A DNA stretch of 59,295 bases from Phoenicibacter congonensis (GTDB lineage Bacteria > Actinomycetota > Coriobacteriia > Coriobacteriales > Eggerthellaceae). Under the pieces are notes generated by a model. It saw only the letters and a program-made list of their open reading frames with translations. It made no database searches and was not told the origin of the DNA. The stretch covers positions 1 through 59,295 of the forward strand of contig JAUMVS010000001.1 in assembly GCA_030530045.1 (NCBI GenBank). Direction: 5' to 3'. Shown here piece by piece: positions 42,380 through 52,788 of the stretch; the first letter of the stretch is position 1; the number at the start of each line of letters is the position of its first letter. The position numbers were made by a program, and so were the translations under genes.

Positions 42380-44329
42380 ATGGCGATATCTGAAGAAAAA
42401 ATAGAAGAATTAAAAACGCAACTTGCAGAAGTTCCAATGCTGCCTGGCGTTTATCTTTGGAAAGATGCCCAGGGTGAGGTCATTTATGTTGGTAAAGCAA
42501 AGGCACTTCGTGCTCGCATGAAGCAGTATGTCAACTTTGCTGATGACCGTGCAAAAATCCCTATGCTTGTCGAGCAGATTGACTCATTTGATTATGTCGT
42601 CGTCCAAAATGAAAAAGAATCGCTCATTTTGGAGCGAAATTTAATCGAGCAGCACAAACCGTTTTTTAATGCCGACTTGAAGGATGATAAAACCTACCCT
42701 TACATCGCGCTCACTACCGATTGCCACTTTCCGGCAATTAAATTTACTCGCGAGAAAAAGAAGAAGGGTGTTAAATATTTTGGGCCCTACACTAATTCTC
42801 GAGCGGCCAGAAACGTAATCGAAGTTCTGCGAAAAGTTGTTCCGCTTTGCAGTGCGAATTGTGCAGAGTGGAAAAAGCTTAATCGAAAAATAGAAAAGAC
42901 TCCTCACACTGGCGATTCTGTTGTTTATGAAGTAGTTGACATGTGTGAATCAAGGCCATGTTTTGACTCAACTGTGGGCCTGGCCCCTGGTGTTTGTTGC
43001 GCCAAAATTTCAAGAAGTGAATACCTCAAAAACGTTAGGCGTGCAGAGGATTTCCTGAACGGTAACAGAAACGAGATCATAGAAGAAATTCAATCAGAGA
43101 TGAAAGCTTGTGCGGCTGAGCTTAACTTTGAAAAGGCATCTCGTTTGAAGGATAAGCTTGACACAATTCAAGCGTTGGGTGAAAAGCAGCACATCGATTT
43201 TAGTTCCAATTCAAACTTTGATGTCATTGGTTTTTACCGTGAAGAAACGATAGCTGGCGTGCACGTGCTAATTGTGCGCGAAGGCAAAATTATTAACAGC
43301 AATGAATTCGTGCTTAACAAAGGCATGGACGTTCTGATGGAAGATTTGCTTCACAACTTCTGCTTGAAGTATTACTCGATGTCAGAAACTGTGGGGCATG
43401 AAATCATCGTTCGTGAAGCGTTTGATTCAAACAATGATTTAGCGCCTTGGTTAACTGAAAAACTTAACAGCAAACATGGCGCAAAAGTTCATTTTGTAAC
43501 ACCTCAAAAAGGGGAGAAGCTTGACCTTTTAAAGATGGCAGAACTCAATGCGAAGCACACTTTAATTCGCCATAAGGTTAAAAGCGGCTATGATGATTCG
43601 CGCACTAACGAGGCTCTTTTGCAGCTCGAAAGTGCACTTGCTCTGCCAGCGCCTCCAATGCGAATTGAGTGCTTTGACATCTCAACTAACCACGGTTCCT
43701 ACACAGTAGCGTCCATGGTTGTATTCACGAATGGTAAGCCCGACAAATCGCAGTACAGGCGTTTTAAAATTCGCGCAGAACTCGACGAAGCTAACGACTT
43801 TTTGTCTATGCAGGAAGTCATGAAAAGGCGCTATTGCCCAGAGAGAATGGCTGACGAGCGTTTTGGCTCTAAGCCCGATTTAATTATTCTTGACGGTGGT
43901 AAGCCGCAGCTCACAGCTGCAACCGAAATGTTTGCCGAGATGGGGATTGATGACATTTCTTTGGTCGGTCTTGCAAAACGAGATGAGGAATTGTTTGTCA
44001 ATTGGAACGATGGCGACCCTGTTGTTTTGCCAAGCGGTTCAGCTTCGCTTTATCTTGTGAAAAACGTTCGTGACGAAGCACACCGTTTTGCGATTACGTT
44101 TCATCGAGAGTTGCGTCGCAAGGGGCAAACTAAGTCTATTCTTGATGAGATTGAGGGCGTTGGTCCAAAACGCAAGAAAGCTTTACTTAAGCATTTTGGC
44201 GGTTTTAAAAAGCTTCGTGCTGCAACAGTTGAAGAAATTATCGAGTCAAAAGTTGTGCCAGAAGACGTCGCAAGAGAGGTTTGGCTTGTGCTCGATCAGT
44301 ATAATTTAGACAAGCAAAAGAAAAATTAA
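42380..44329 (+). CDS. uvrC: Excinuclease ABC subunit C
   Basis: GIY-YIG (PGVYLW...IYVGKAK), UVR coiled coil, RIECFDIS, LDGGKPQ, RDEAHRFA and HhH (GVGPKR). Confidence 0.97.
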   Translation: MAISEEKIEELKTQLAEVPMLPGVYLWKDAQGEVIYVGKAKALRARMKQYVNFADDRAKIPMLVEQIDSFDYVVVQNEKESLILERNLIEQHKPFFNADLKDDKTYPYIALTTDCHFPAIKFTREKKKKGVKYFGPYTNSRAARNVIEVLRKVVPLCSANCAEWKKLNRKIEKTPHTGDSVVYEVVDMCESRPCFDSTVGLAPGVCCAKISRSEYLKNVRRAEDFLNGNRNEIIEEIQSEMKACAAELNFEKASRLKDKLDTIQALGEKQHIDFSSNSNFDVIGFYREETIAGVHVLIVREGKIINSNEFVLNKGMDVLMEDLLHNFCLKYYSMSETVGHEIIVREAFDSNNDLAPWLTEKLNSKHGAKVHFVTPQKGEKLDLLKMAELNAKHTLIRHKVKSGYDDSRTNEALLQLESALALPAPPMRIECFDISTNHGSYTVASMVVFTNGKPDKSQYRRFKIRAELDEANDFLSMQEVMKRRYCPERMADERFGSKPDLIILDGGKPQLTAATEMFAEMGIDDISLVGLAKRDEELFVNWNDGDPVVLPSGSASLYLVKNVRDEAHRFAITFHRELRRKGQTKSILDEIEGVGPKRKKALLKHFGGFKKLRAATVEEIIESKVVPEDVAREVWLVLDQYNLDKQKKN

Positions 44330-44344
44330 GAAAGTGGGTTTTTC

Positions 44345-45256
44345 GTGGAAGAGCTAGATGTAAAAAATGACGAACAGCAGGTGTTTCCTGAACTTGTTCT
44401 CATTACTGGCATGAGTGGTGCAGGCCGCACCGAGTCGATGCATGTTTTTGAAGACCTTGGTTATTTTTGTGTAGACAACTTGCCAACGCGCTTGATTGAT
44501 TCGCTTGTTGAACTGCAAATGCAAGATAAAGAAGATGTCGAACAGGCAAAAAAGATTGCATTTGTTTGCGATGCTCGAAATGGAAAATATTTTGCTGAAC
44601 TTGCCGATGAAATTCGCAAGATTCGCACAACCGACACTAACATTCGCGTCGTTTTCCTCGATGCAAACGATGAAAAGCTCGTTGCTCGTTACAAAGCTTC
44701 AAGAAGGCGTCACCCACTCTGTGATGAAGGAACAACCATTGCAGAGGGCATCCAGCGCGAAAAATCGATGATGCTTCCAATTAAGGAAATGGCCGACACG
44801 GTTATAGACACTTCTGACATGCTTCCTCAAAACTTAAGACAGCAGCTTCGTTCGATGTTTGAGTCATCAACTAGCTCTCGTGGTTTGAGCGTAACTGTTT
44901 ATTCGTTTGGATTTAAACATGGTGCTCCGGTAGATGCCGATATTGTAATTGACGTACGCTTCCTTCCAAACCCCTATTACGTCGCTGAACTTAAGCCTTT
45001 AACAGGTCTTGATCCAGCTGTTCGTGATTACGTAATGCTTCGCGACGAGACTGTTGAGTTTGAGAAAAAATGGCATGAGCTTTTAGACGTTTTGATGCCA
45101 GGCTATGTAAAAGAAGGAAAGCAGCAGCTCGCAATTGGGATTGGCTGCACCGGCGGTCAGCACAGAAGTGTGGCAATTGCAGAATCGACAGGCGCCTACC
45201 TTCAAAACAAAGGTTACCGCGCAAGCATTGCGCATCGTGACCTTGAAAAACGTTAG
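44345..45256 (+). CDS. rapZ: RNase adapter RapZ (YvcJ)
   Basis: TGMSGAG, CVDNLP, RRHPL, SFGFKHG, DVRFLPNPY and GCTGGQHRSV motifs. Confidence 0.95.
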   Translation: MEELDVKNDEQQVFPELVLITGMSGAGRTESMHVFEDLGYFCVDNLPTRLIDSLVELQMQDKEDVEQAKKIAFVCDARNGKYFAELADEIRKIRTTDTNIRVVFLDANDEKLVARYKASRRRHPLCDEGTTIAEGIQREKSMMLPIKEMADTVIDTSDMLPQNLRQQLRSMFESSTSSRGLSVTVYSFGFKHGAPVDADIVIDVRFLPNPYYVAELKPLTGLDPAVRDYVMLRDETVEFEKKWHELLDVLMPGYVKEGKQQLAIGIGCTGGQHRSVAIAESTGAYLQNKGYRASIAHRDLEKR

Positions 45257-45280
45257 TTGTAAATAATTTAAGGAAGTTTT

Positions 45281-46426
45281 TTGAACCCTTCATTTAACAT
45301 AGACCCCTCAGTAACATCGGTTTTGCCTTTTGCCGACCTTGCAAACAAGCCAAATGTTTGTAAAATTCCGCAAGGCTTCAAAGCTTGTGTTATTGGTGGC
45401 GGAACAGGAGCACCAGCTTCTATTAAAACTCTGCGCTCGCTTGGAATCGAAACTAGCGCAGTTGTTGCTATGGCCGATGACGGTGGCTCAACTGGTGATT
45501 TGAGAAAAGATGCAAATGTAACTCCTCCGGGCGACATTAGAAAGTGCCTTTGCGCTTTTGCGACTGAGCCCGATGACCCTTTTGCTCGTGCTTTTAAATA
45601 TCGCTTTCCAGTTGCGAACAATCACACGCTTGGCAATTTGATGTTGAGCGCCCTTGAAGATTCCGCAGGCTCTTTTCCTGAGGCAATTCAGATTTGTGAA
45701 AAGCTGCTTCATTGTGACGGGCATGTTTATCCCTCAACTCTTGAACACGTGTTTTTAGTTTCTGAAACTGTTGATGGCTCAAAGATTTTAGGACAGGCAG
45801 AAGCGACACATTCGCATGCTGCTCTTCGCAGGGTTAAGCTCATAAATGAAAACAAGCAAACTCCAAAAGCATTTGAGCCGGCTTGTGAGGCAATTCGCGG
45901 CGCCGACTTAATTGTTTTGGGCCCTGGTTCACTTTTTACTTCAATTATTCCTAACTTGCTTGTTGATGGAATTACCGATGCAATCATGAATTCGCGTGGC
46001 AAAGTTGTTTTTGTTTGTGGAATTTCAGATGTGCAAGGTGAGACTTGGGGAATGGCACCATTTGACCATGTACGCGCCCTCCTTGATCACGGCATGGAAT
46101 CGCTTGTTGATTATGTTCTCCTGCATTCTTGCAAGGCTGATTCTTTTAATAAACAGCAAAATGGCCAATCTGCAAACATGCCAGCTGCTAGTGCCGAGGT
46201 TAACAATTCAGAAAGCTTAAGTGACGTTAGCGATGCTCAGGCTCAAGGCTTTATTCATCAACTTGATGTCTCACCTGAAAATGTGAGCGCAATTCAGTCT
46301 TGTGGACCTGTTGCAGTTATTGAAAACTTAATGGATCCAAACAATCCTTCTTGGCATGATCTTGGTGCGCTTCGCGGGGCTTTTGAGCGAATTATTACGA
46401 TGATGATTTCTCGCAGAGGTTATTAA
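45281..46426 (+). CDS. yvcK: YvcK/GlmR (CofD-related UDP-GlcNAc-binding protein)
   Basis: GGGTG, ADDGGSTG, PPGDIR, HTLGNL and GPGSLFTSIIPNL motifs; start position uncertain. Confidence 0.92.
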   Translation: MNPSFNIDPSVTSVLPFADLANKPNVCKIPQGFKACVIGGGTGAPASIKTLRSLGIETSAVVAMADDGGSTGDLRKDANVTPPGDIRKCLCAFATEPDDPFARAFKYRFPVANNHTLGNLMLSALEDSAGSFPEAIQICEKLLHCDGHVYPSTLEHVFLVSETVDGSKILGQAEATHSHAALRRVKLINENKQTPKAFEPACEAIRGADLIVLGPGSLFTSIIPNLLVDGITDAIMNSRGKVVFVCGISDVQGETWGMAPFDHVRALLDHGMESLVDYVLLHSCKADSFNKQQNGQSANMPAASAEVNNSESLSDVSDAQAQGFIHQLDVSPENVSAIQSCGPVAVIENLMDPNNPSWHDLGALRGAFERIITMMISRRGY

Positions 46427-46429
46427 GCG

Positions 46430-47374
46430 ATGTCTTTTGCTTCTAACATTCGAGAGGAAATTGTCCACATTCAGGGCGATTGTGATTTATGCAAAAAAGC
46501 AGCACTGTGTGCGCTCATTCGCATCGATGGCACGATTTATCTTTCTGGAGCAGGGCGTTATCGTGTGGAAATCGCTACCGACTATGGCAACGTTGGCCGC
46601 CTGATTGTTGGCTATTTGCACGATATTTACAACTTAAAAACGAACATTTCCTATCGCAGAAGCGTTCTCCATAACACGCAAAACTACCAAATTGACGTGC
46701 CCTATCAGCCACACATCGAGGGAGTCTTGAAAGACCTCGGAATTCTAAACGACCAAAATTCCCTCATTCGTGGTGTGGCGCCTCAATATTCAGCAAGTTA
46801 CTGCTGCATAAAGAGCTATTTGCGAGCAGTTTATCTTGCAAGTGGATTTGTTGCGGAGCCAAAAAATTCCTTCCATTTTGAAATGAATGTTTCGTCGGAA
46901 GAGCTTGCTGTCGAGCTCACCGAAATCATGAACAAAATGGGAATTCATGCACGCCTTGTAAAACGCCGCACTAGCTGGATGATTTATGTAAAAAGTGGAC
47001 AAGAAATTGAGCAATTTTTTACCTGCGTTGGAGCAGTCGAGTCATCAAAGGCTCTTCGCGAAATTCGTGAGTTTAAGGCAAATCGTAACGAGACGAATCG
47101 TTTTGTAAATGCTTTTATGGCTAACGAAAATCGCAGGCTTGATGCCTCAATGGAGCAAATTAGAGATATTGAAGTCATTATTAAAAAGGGCAAGCTCGAC
47201 ACGCTTTCTCCAGCGCTAAAAGAGTTCATCAAGCTTCGCGTTGAAAATCCTGATGCATCTCTAAAAGAGATTGGCGAGCTTTGCGACCCTCCGCTCTCAA
47301 AGTCGGCAATCAATCATCGTTCACGCCGACTCTCTGAAGTTGCAAACAAAATTCGCGAAGAAAGCAACAAGTAG
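46430..47374 (+). CDS. whiA: DNA-binding protein WhiA
   Basis: LAGLIDADG-like YLRAVYLASG, NRFVN...N and C-terminal HTH PDASLKEIGE..PPLSKSAINHR; rapZ-yvcK-whiA synteny. Confidence 0.93.
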   Translation: MSFASNIREEIVHIQGDCDLCKKAALCALIRIDGTIYLSGAGRYRVEIATDYGNVGRLIVGYLHDIYNLKTNISYRRSVLHNTQNYQIDVPYQPHIEGVLKDLGILNDQNSLIRGVAPQYSASYCCIKSYLRAVYLASGFVAEPKNSFHFEMNVSSEELAVELTEIMNKMGIHARLVKRRTSWMIYVKSGQEIEQFFTCVGAVESSKALREIREFKANRNETNRFVNAFMANENRRLDASMEQIRDIEVIIKKGKLDTLSPALKEFIKLRVENPDASLKEIGELCDPPLSKSAINHRSRRLSEVANKIREESNK

Positions 47375-47491
47375 GTTCTTTGAACACATTTAGCAAAATT
47401 CCTGCTAGATGTGCAAATTTAAGCGCACTTTTTCAAAACAAGTGCCGCTTACGCATTGAATTAGCTGTCAAGCATGCTTAAATGCTGCTGA

Positions 47492-47500
47492 TGTTATAAT
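47492..47500 (+). promoter_or_regulatory. Extended -10 promoter for gap
   Basis: TGTTATAAT about 45 bp upstream of the gap ATG; SD AAGGAG follows. Confidence 0.6.
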
Positions 47501-47536
47501 TTTTTAAGTCTTTAAGCTAACTTTTACTTGAGATAA

Positions 47537-48550
<1,014 letters not shown>

Positions 48551-48568
48551 TTATTCCTATAACTTTTT

Positions 48569-48610
48569 TACCCTGGCAATTCTTCTTTTGAATTGCTGGG
48601 GTATTTTTTT
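48569..48610 (+). terminator. Rho-independent terminator between gap and pgk
   Basis: TACCCTGGCAATTC-loop-GAATTGCTGGGGTA stem (14 bp with G-U pairs) followed by T7. Confidence 0.82.
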
Positions 48611-48637
48611 AATTTGACAGTTTAAAGAGAGGCTCAA

Positions 48638-49813
48638 ATGAAAACTATTGATGCTGAAAATTTCAAGGGTAAGCGCGTTATTGTTCGTGTTGACTTTAAT
48701 GTTCCAATGAAAGATGGTGTCGTTACCGACGACACACGCATTAGAAAAGCAATTCCTACAATCAAAAAGCTTGTTGAGGATGGAGCAAGAGTAATTCTAA
48801 TGAGCCATCTTGGACGTCCTTCTGGCAATGGTTTTGAGCAAGATTATTCTCTTGAAGCAGCTGCAGTTAAGCTTTCTAACTTGATCGGACGCCCTGTTCT
48901 TTACTCAAACGAGATTGCAGGAGAGGGAACAATCGACAAAATTGCAGGCATGAATGATGGCGACATTCTCGTAATCGAGAACCTTCGCTTTGATGCTCGA
49001 GAGAAGAAAAACGACGAGGCTTTTGCAAGTGAGCTAGCTTCTTTGGCCGACGCCTATGTAAACGACGCATTCGGCACTGCTCATCGCGCACATGCTTCAA
49101 CTGCTGGCATTGCTAGATATTTGCCTGCATACGCTGGCTATTTGCTTGAAAACGAAGTCAAGACAATCACAGGAATGCTTGACAACCCAAAAAAGCCTTT
49201 CGTAGCTGTTCTTGGTGGCTCTAAAGTTTCCGACAAGATCAAAGTCATCGAAAACCTCCTCGACAAAGCCGACACTATCGTTATCGGCGGTGCTATGTGC
49301 TTTACATTCCTCAAAGCTCAAGGGGCTGAAATTGGTAGCTCTTTGGTTGAGGAAGATTGGGTTGAGCGTTGCAAAGAAATGCTTGCTAAGGCTAAAGAAA
49401 TCGACACAACACTGCTTTTGCCAGTCGATGTTGTCTGCGCGGAAAAGATTGAGGCGGGCGTTCCTGTAAAGGTCTGCAATGCATTTGCAATTGATAGCAA
49501 TCTCATGGGTCTCGACATTGGTCCAAAGTCAATCGAGAACTATAAAAAGGCAATTGCGGAAGCTAAAAGCGTTTTCTGGAATGGCCCAATGGGTGTTTTC
49601 GAGATTGATGAGTTTGCAGCTGGCACAAAGGCTGTAGCTGAAGCTCTCGCAGAAAACGAAGAGGCTGAGACGATCATCGGTGGCGGCGATTCTGTTGCGG
49701 CTGTGAACAAGTTTGGTCTTGCCGACAAAATGACCTTCATTTCAACTGGCGGTGGCGCTTCTATGGAACTTGTTCAGGGCGATGTTTTGCCTGGCGTAGC
49801 TGCTCTAGGGTAG
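48638..49813 (+). CDS. pgk: Phosphoglycerate kinase
   Basis: [44 protein letters not shown] and STGGGAS motifs. Confidence 0.98.
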   Translation: MKTIDAENFKGKRVIVRVDFNVPMKDGVVTDDTRIRKAIPTIKKLVEDGARVILMSHLGRPSGNGFEQDYSLEAAAVKLSNLIGRPVLYSNEIAGEGTIDKIAGMNDGDILVIENLRFDAREKKNDEAFASELASLADAYVNDAFGTAHRAHASTAGIARYLPAYAGYLLENEVKTITGMLDNPKKPFVAVLGGSKVSDKIKVIENLLDKADTIVIGGAMCFTFLKAQGAEIGSSLVEEDWVERCKEMLAKAKEIDTTLLLPVDVVCAEKIEAGVPVKVCNAFAIDSNLMGLDIGPKSIENYKKAIAEAKSVFWNGPMGVFEIDEFAAGTKAVAEALAENEEAETIIGGGDSVAAVNKFGLADKMTFISTGGGASMELVQGDVLPGVAALG

Positions 49814-50773
49814 TTGGCTCTTTTTGAAAAATATGAAGTAATGCTCGCACCAATGGCGGGCATTACAAATTTGCCTTTTAGGCTAATTTGTGAAAAACTC
49901 GGCGCTGACCTCGCATTTTGCGAAATGGTTAGCGCCGCTGGTCTTGCGCATGCAAGCCAAAAAACTCATCATCTGGTCGATTCTTGTGACGAAGAAAAAA
50001 CTCTTGGCATTCAGCTTTTTGGCCACGATGCAAAAACACTCGCGTCTCAAGCAAGCATTATTGAAGACGAACTTGGCTGCAAACTTTCTCACATCGACAT
50101 CAATATGGGATGTCCTGCCAGAAAAATCGTCAAAAAAGGCGATGGTTCTGCATTGATGAAAACTCCTGAGCTTGCTTGTGACATCGTGCGCCAAGTTAAG
50201 CAAGCAGTTAGCTGCCATGTCACAGCTAAGTTTCGCAGGGGCTATGAATTGGATAACGAAACTTGTGTAGAATTTGCGAAGCAAATTGAGCAGGCGGGTG
50301 CCGATGCAATTTGTGTTCATGGTCGCTATGCAATGCAATATTACAAAGGGCAAAGTGACAAAACCGCCGTTGCTCGCGTTAAGCAAGCAGTCTCAATTCC
50401 TGTTATCGGCAATGGTGACGTCTTTACTGTTGAAGACTACATTGAACTTAAAAACGTTTCTTCTTGCGATGCTGTTTTAGTTGCAAGAGGAGCTTCTAAA
50501 AATCCTTTCTTGTTTTCAGAAATTAAAAACTACATTCAAACAGGCGAAATTAGCACAACTTCTCCATCAAAGCGCATCGACATAGCTTGCGAGCATGCGC
50601 GATTGATTGAAAAGCTAAATCAGGAAAATGTGCATTTGTCTTTCCTCCAGCTTAGAAAGCAAGCCATGAACTATGTAGAAGGAATTCCTGGTGCGCGACG
50701 TGCAAGAGAAGAAATTTGCAGCTGTGCTAGTGCTGACGATTTTGTTTCAGTCTTTAGATCTTTAGAGGTGTAA
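49814..50773 (+). CDS. dusB: tRNA-dihydrouridine synthase (DusB-like)
   Basis: LAPMAGIT, QLFG, DINMGCP, VHGR and IGNGD motifs. Confidence 0.9.
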   Translation: MALFEKYEVMLAPMAGITNLPFRLICEKLGADLAFCEMVSAAGLAHASQKTHHLVDSCDEEKTLGIQLFGHDAKTLASQASIIEDELGCKLSHIDINMGCPARKIVKKGDGSALMKTPELACDIVRQVKQAVSCHVTAKFRRGYELDNETCVEFAKQIEQAGADAICVHGRYAMQYYKGQSDKTAVARVKQAVSIPVIGNGDVFTVEDYIELKNVSSCDAVLVARGASKNPFLFSEIKNYIQTGEISTTSPSKRIDIACEHARLIEKLNQENVHLSFLQLRKQAMNYVEGIPGARRAREEICSCASADDFVSVFRSLEV

Positions 50774-50776
50774 GTT

Positions 50777-51886
50777 ATGGCATACGACCCTCACAAGGCT
50801 CTCTATATCCACATTCCGTTTTGCAAACAACGCTGCTTGTATTGCGATTTTGCGACTGAGGCATGTGAGGCTGATTCTAAAAAGGTCAGAAAATATCTCG
50901 ACAAGCTGATAACTGAAATTCGCGATACATCAAAATCGGGAATGCTTAGTGAGATTGAGACTGTCTACATTGGTGGAGGCACACCAACACATCTTGGCCA
51001 TTCAAAGCTAATTGAGCTTCTCTACTTTTTGACGACAACTCTTTATATGAAAAACATCTCGGAGTTCACGATCGAGGCTAACCCAGAGTCTCTAACTCCT
51101 GAAATTGTGAAGGACGTTTGGGCGCTCGGGGTAAACAGGATTAGCATCGGTGTTCAATCTTTTGACGATGCGATGCTGCAAACACTTGGCCGAGTTCACG
51201 ATTCTGAAACTGCCAAAAATGCGATTAAATGCGCGCTTGAGCGTTTTGAAAACGTTAGTTGTGACTTGATGTGTGGCCTCCCAAACCAAACGCTTGAGTC
51301 TTGGAAAAATGATGTTTACACTGCAGCTTCTCTTGGTGTTAAGCATGTTAGCATCTATCCTCTGACAATTGAAGAGCACACTCCATTTTGGAAAATGTGC
51401 AACAAGGGTCAACTTCCATTTCCCGATGAAGACCTGCAAGCCGACATGATGGAGGCCGCAGAAGAGGTGCTTGGCGAGTTTGGTTTTGAGCGCTATGAGG
51501 TTGCATCCTATTGCAAGCCAGGTTTTGAGTCGAAGCACAACACTGCCTACTGGACAGGAAAGCCCTACCTCGGCTTCGGCAAAAGTGCAGCTAGCATGAC
51601 TCAAAACAGTGAGAGGCGAATGCGCATTCAAGACGGTGTTGTGACCGATGATTTAAATCGAGCTCAAATGGAAGCAGAAGACATCATGCTCATGTTTAGG
51701 ATGAGCAGGGGAGTTTCCGATGAGCGCGTTGAGGGCGCCACAGCGCTTCTTTCAAGCTTAAATGAGGCGCTTGAGAAATTGGTTAATGAGGGGCTGGTTG
51801 TGCATGTTGATGGTCGCTGGAAGCCAACAAAAAAAGGCTGGCTTTGCGGAAATGAACTCTACGGAGAAATCTTTGACCTAGCTTAA
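50777..51886 (+). CDS. hemW: Radical SAM heme chaperone HemW
   Basis: YIHIPFCKQRCLYCDF, GGGTPT, EANP and HNTAYW motifs; lies upstream of hrcA. Confidence 0.9.
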   Translation: MAYDPHKALYIHIPFCKQRCLYCDFATEACEADSKKVRKYLDKLITEIRDTSKSGMLSEIETVYIGGGTPTHLGHSKLIELLYFLTTTLYMKNISEFTIEANPESLTPEIVKDVWALGVNRISIGVQSFDDAMLQTLGRVHDSETAKNAIKCALERFENVSCDLMCGLPNQTLESWKNDVYTAASLGVKHVSIYPLTIEEHTPFWKMCNKGQLPFPDEDLQADMMEAAEEVLGEFGFERYEVASYCKPGFESKHNTAYWTGKPYLGFGKSAASMTQNSERRMRIQDGVVTDDLNRAQMEAEDIMLMFRMSRGVSDERVEGATALLSSLNEALEKLVNEGLVVHVDGRWKPTKKGWLCGNELYGEIFDLA

Positions 51887-51909
51887 GGGCAAGCCTTCGA
51901 TTTGCCCTT
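51885..51909 (+). terminator. Stem-loop at the end of hemW (possible U-less terminator)
   Basis: AAGGGCAAG-ccttcga-TTTGCCCTT with no U-tract. Confidence 0.4.
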
Positions 51910-51988
51910 GACAAGTCAGCGTTCTACATTGGATTTTTATGCAAACATGCTGTGTACTACCGCTTTTGATGTACTTTCTTTTCGCTGT

Positions 51989-52015
51989 TTAGCACTCTTA
52001 ATAGCCGAGTGCTAA
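51989..52015. promoter_or_regulatory. CIRCE element (HrcA operator)
   Basis: Perfect TTAGCACTC-N9-GAGTGCTAA, 20 bp upstream of the likely hrcA start. Confidence 0.97.
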
Positions 52016-52035
52016 AATCATTCTTGGTGATAAAT

Positions 52036-52770
52036 GTGCTATCAGACAGACGACAATTAATATTACGTGCCTTGATTGAGGAATACATCCTGCGCGCAAT
52101 GCCAATTGGCTCAAAAACGCTAGTTGATAACTACGACGTTGATGTGAGCCCGGCTACCGTGCGAAATGACCTCAATTTCTTGGAGGAGTGCGGCTTCATT
52201 GTGCAGCCTCACACTTCCGCTGGACGCGTGCCAACGCAAGCTGGCTATCGCGAATTTGTTGACCAACTTTTTAACGACGAGTTCACGGAAGAGGAAGAAA
52301 ACGAGTTCGAGCCCTACGTTTCTCAAATTAAACGTTCGGCTAATGAAATTGACTCAATGCTTAAGGAAATTTCAATTCAACTTTCGAGAATGACAGAAAA
52401 CATCTCGGTTATTTCTTCGAAAAGAAACAGCTACAGGCTTGGTCACATTGCAAAGCGCGGGTTGACGTCAATTATTAAGCAGCCTGAGTTTCACGAGTCC
52501 AAGAATTTGCTTCCGCTAATGGAGATTTTGGAGGACGACACAGTTTTGTATCGCACACTTTCTGCTAGTTCTGAGGGCAACTCTTTGCAAGTTAGAATTG
52601 GCAACGAAAACGTGGATGATAAACTATCTGGAGTCTCAGTTGTAACTGCGAAGTTTGGCTCTTCAAAAGATGGCGGAATTGTCGCGGTCATTGGGCCAAC
52701 ACGAATGAATTACGAAAACGTTATTAAAGCTGTTATGGAAGCTCAAAGCGTGCTTGATAGCATTGATTAA
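52036..52770 (+). CDS. hrcA: Heat-inducible transcription repressor HrcA (short, 244 aa)
   Basis: MLSDRRQLIL...PIGSKTL...VSPATVRND...QPHTSAGRVPT..GYR and C-terminal VIGPTRMNY. Start reset to GTG 52036 (SD GGTGA); the ORF-track start falls inside CIRCE. Confidence 0.93.
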   Translation: MLSDRRQLILRALIEEYILRAMPIGSKTLVDNYDVDVSPATVRNDLNFLEECGFIVQPHTSAGRVPTQAGYREFVDQLFNDEFTEEEENEFEPYVSQIKRSANEIDSMLKEISIQLSRMTENISVISSKRNSYRLGHIAKRGLTSIIKQPEFHESKNLLPLMEILEDDTVLYRTLSASSEGNSLQVRIGNENVDDKLSGVSVVTAKFGSSKDGGIVAVIGPTRMNYENVIKAVMEAQSVLDSID

Positions 52771-52788
52771 ACAATGAGAGGATAAATT

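Noticed and set aside
52009-52035. ORF-track N-terminal extensions (hrcA 52009, gdhA 18350, Sel1 34205, addA-like 38532, mtaB 54705)
   Set aside because: The extensions overlap CIRCE, promoter DNA or upstream genes. The downstream starts have SDs or stop/start overlaps that fit better.
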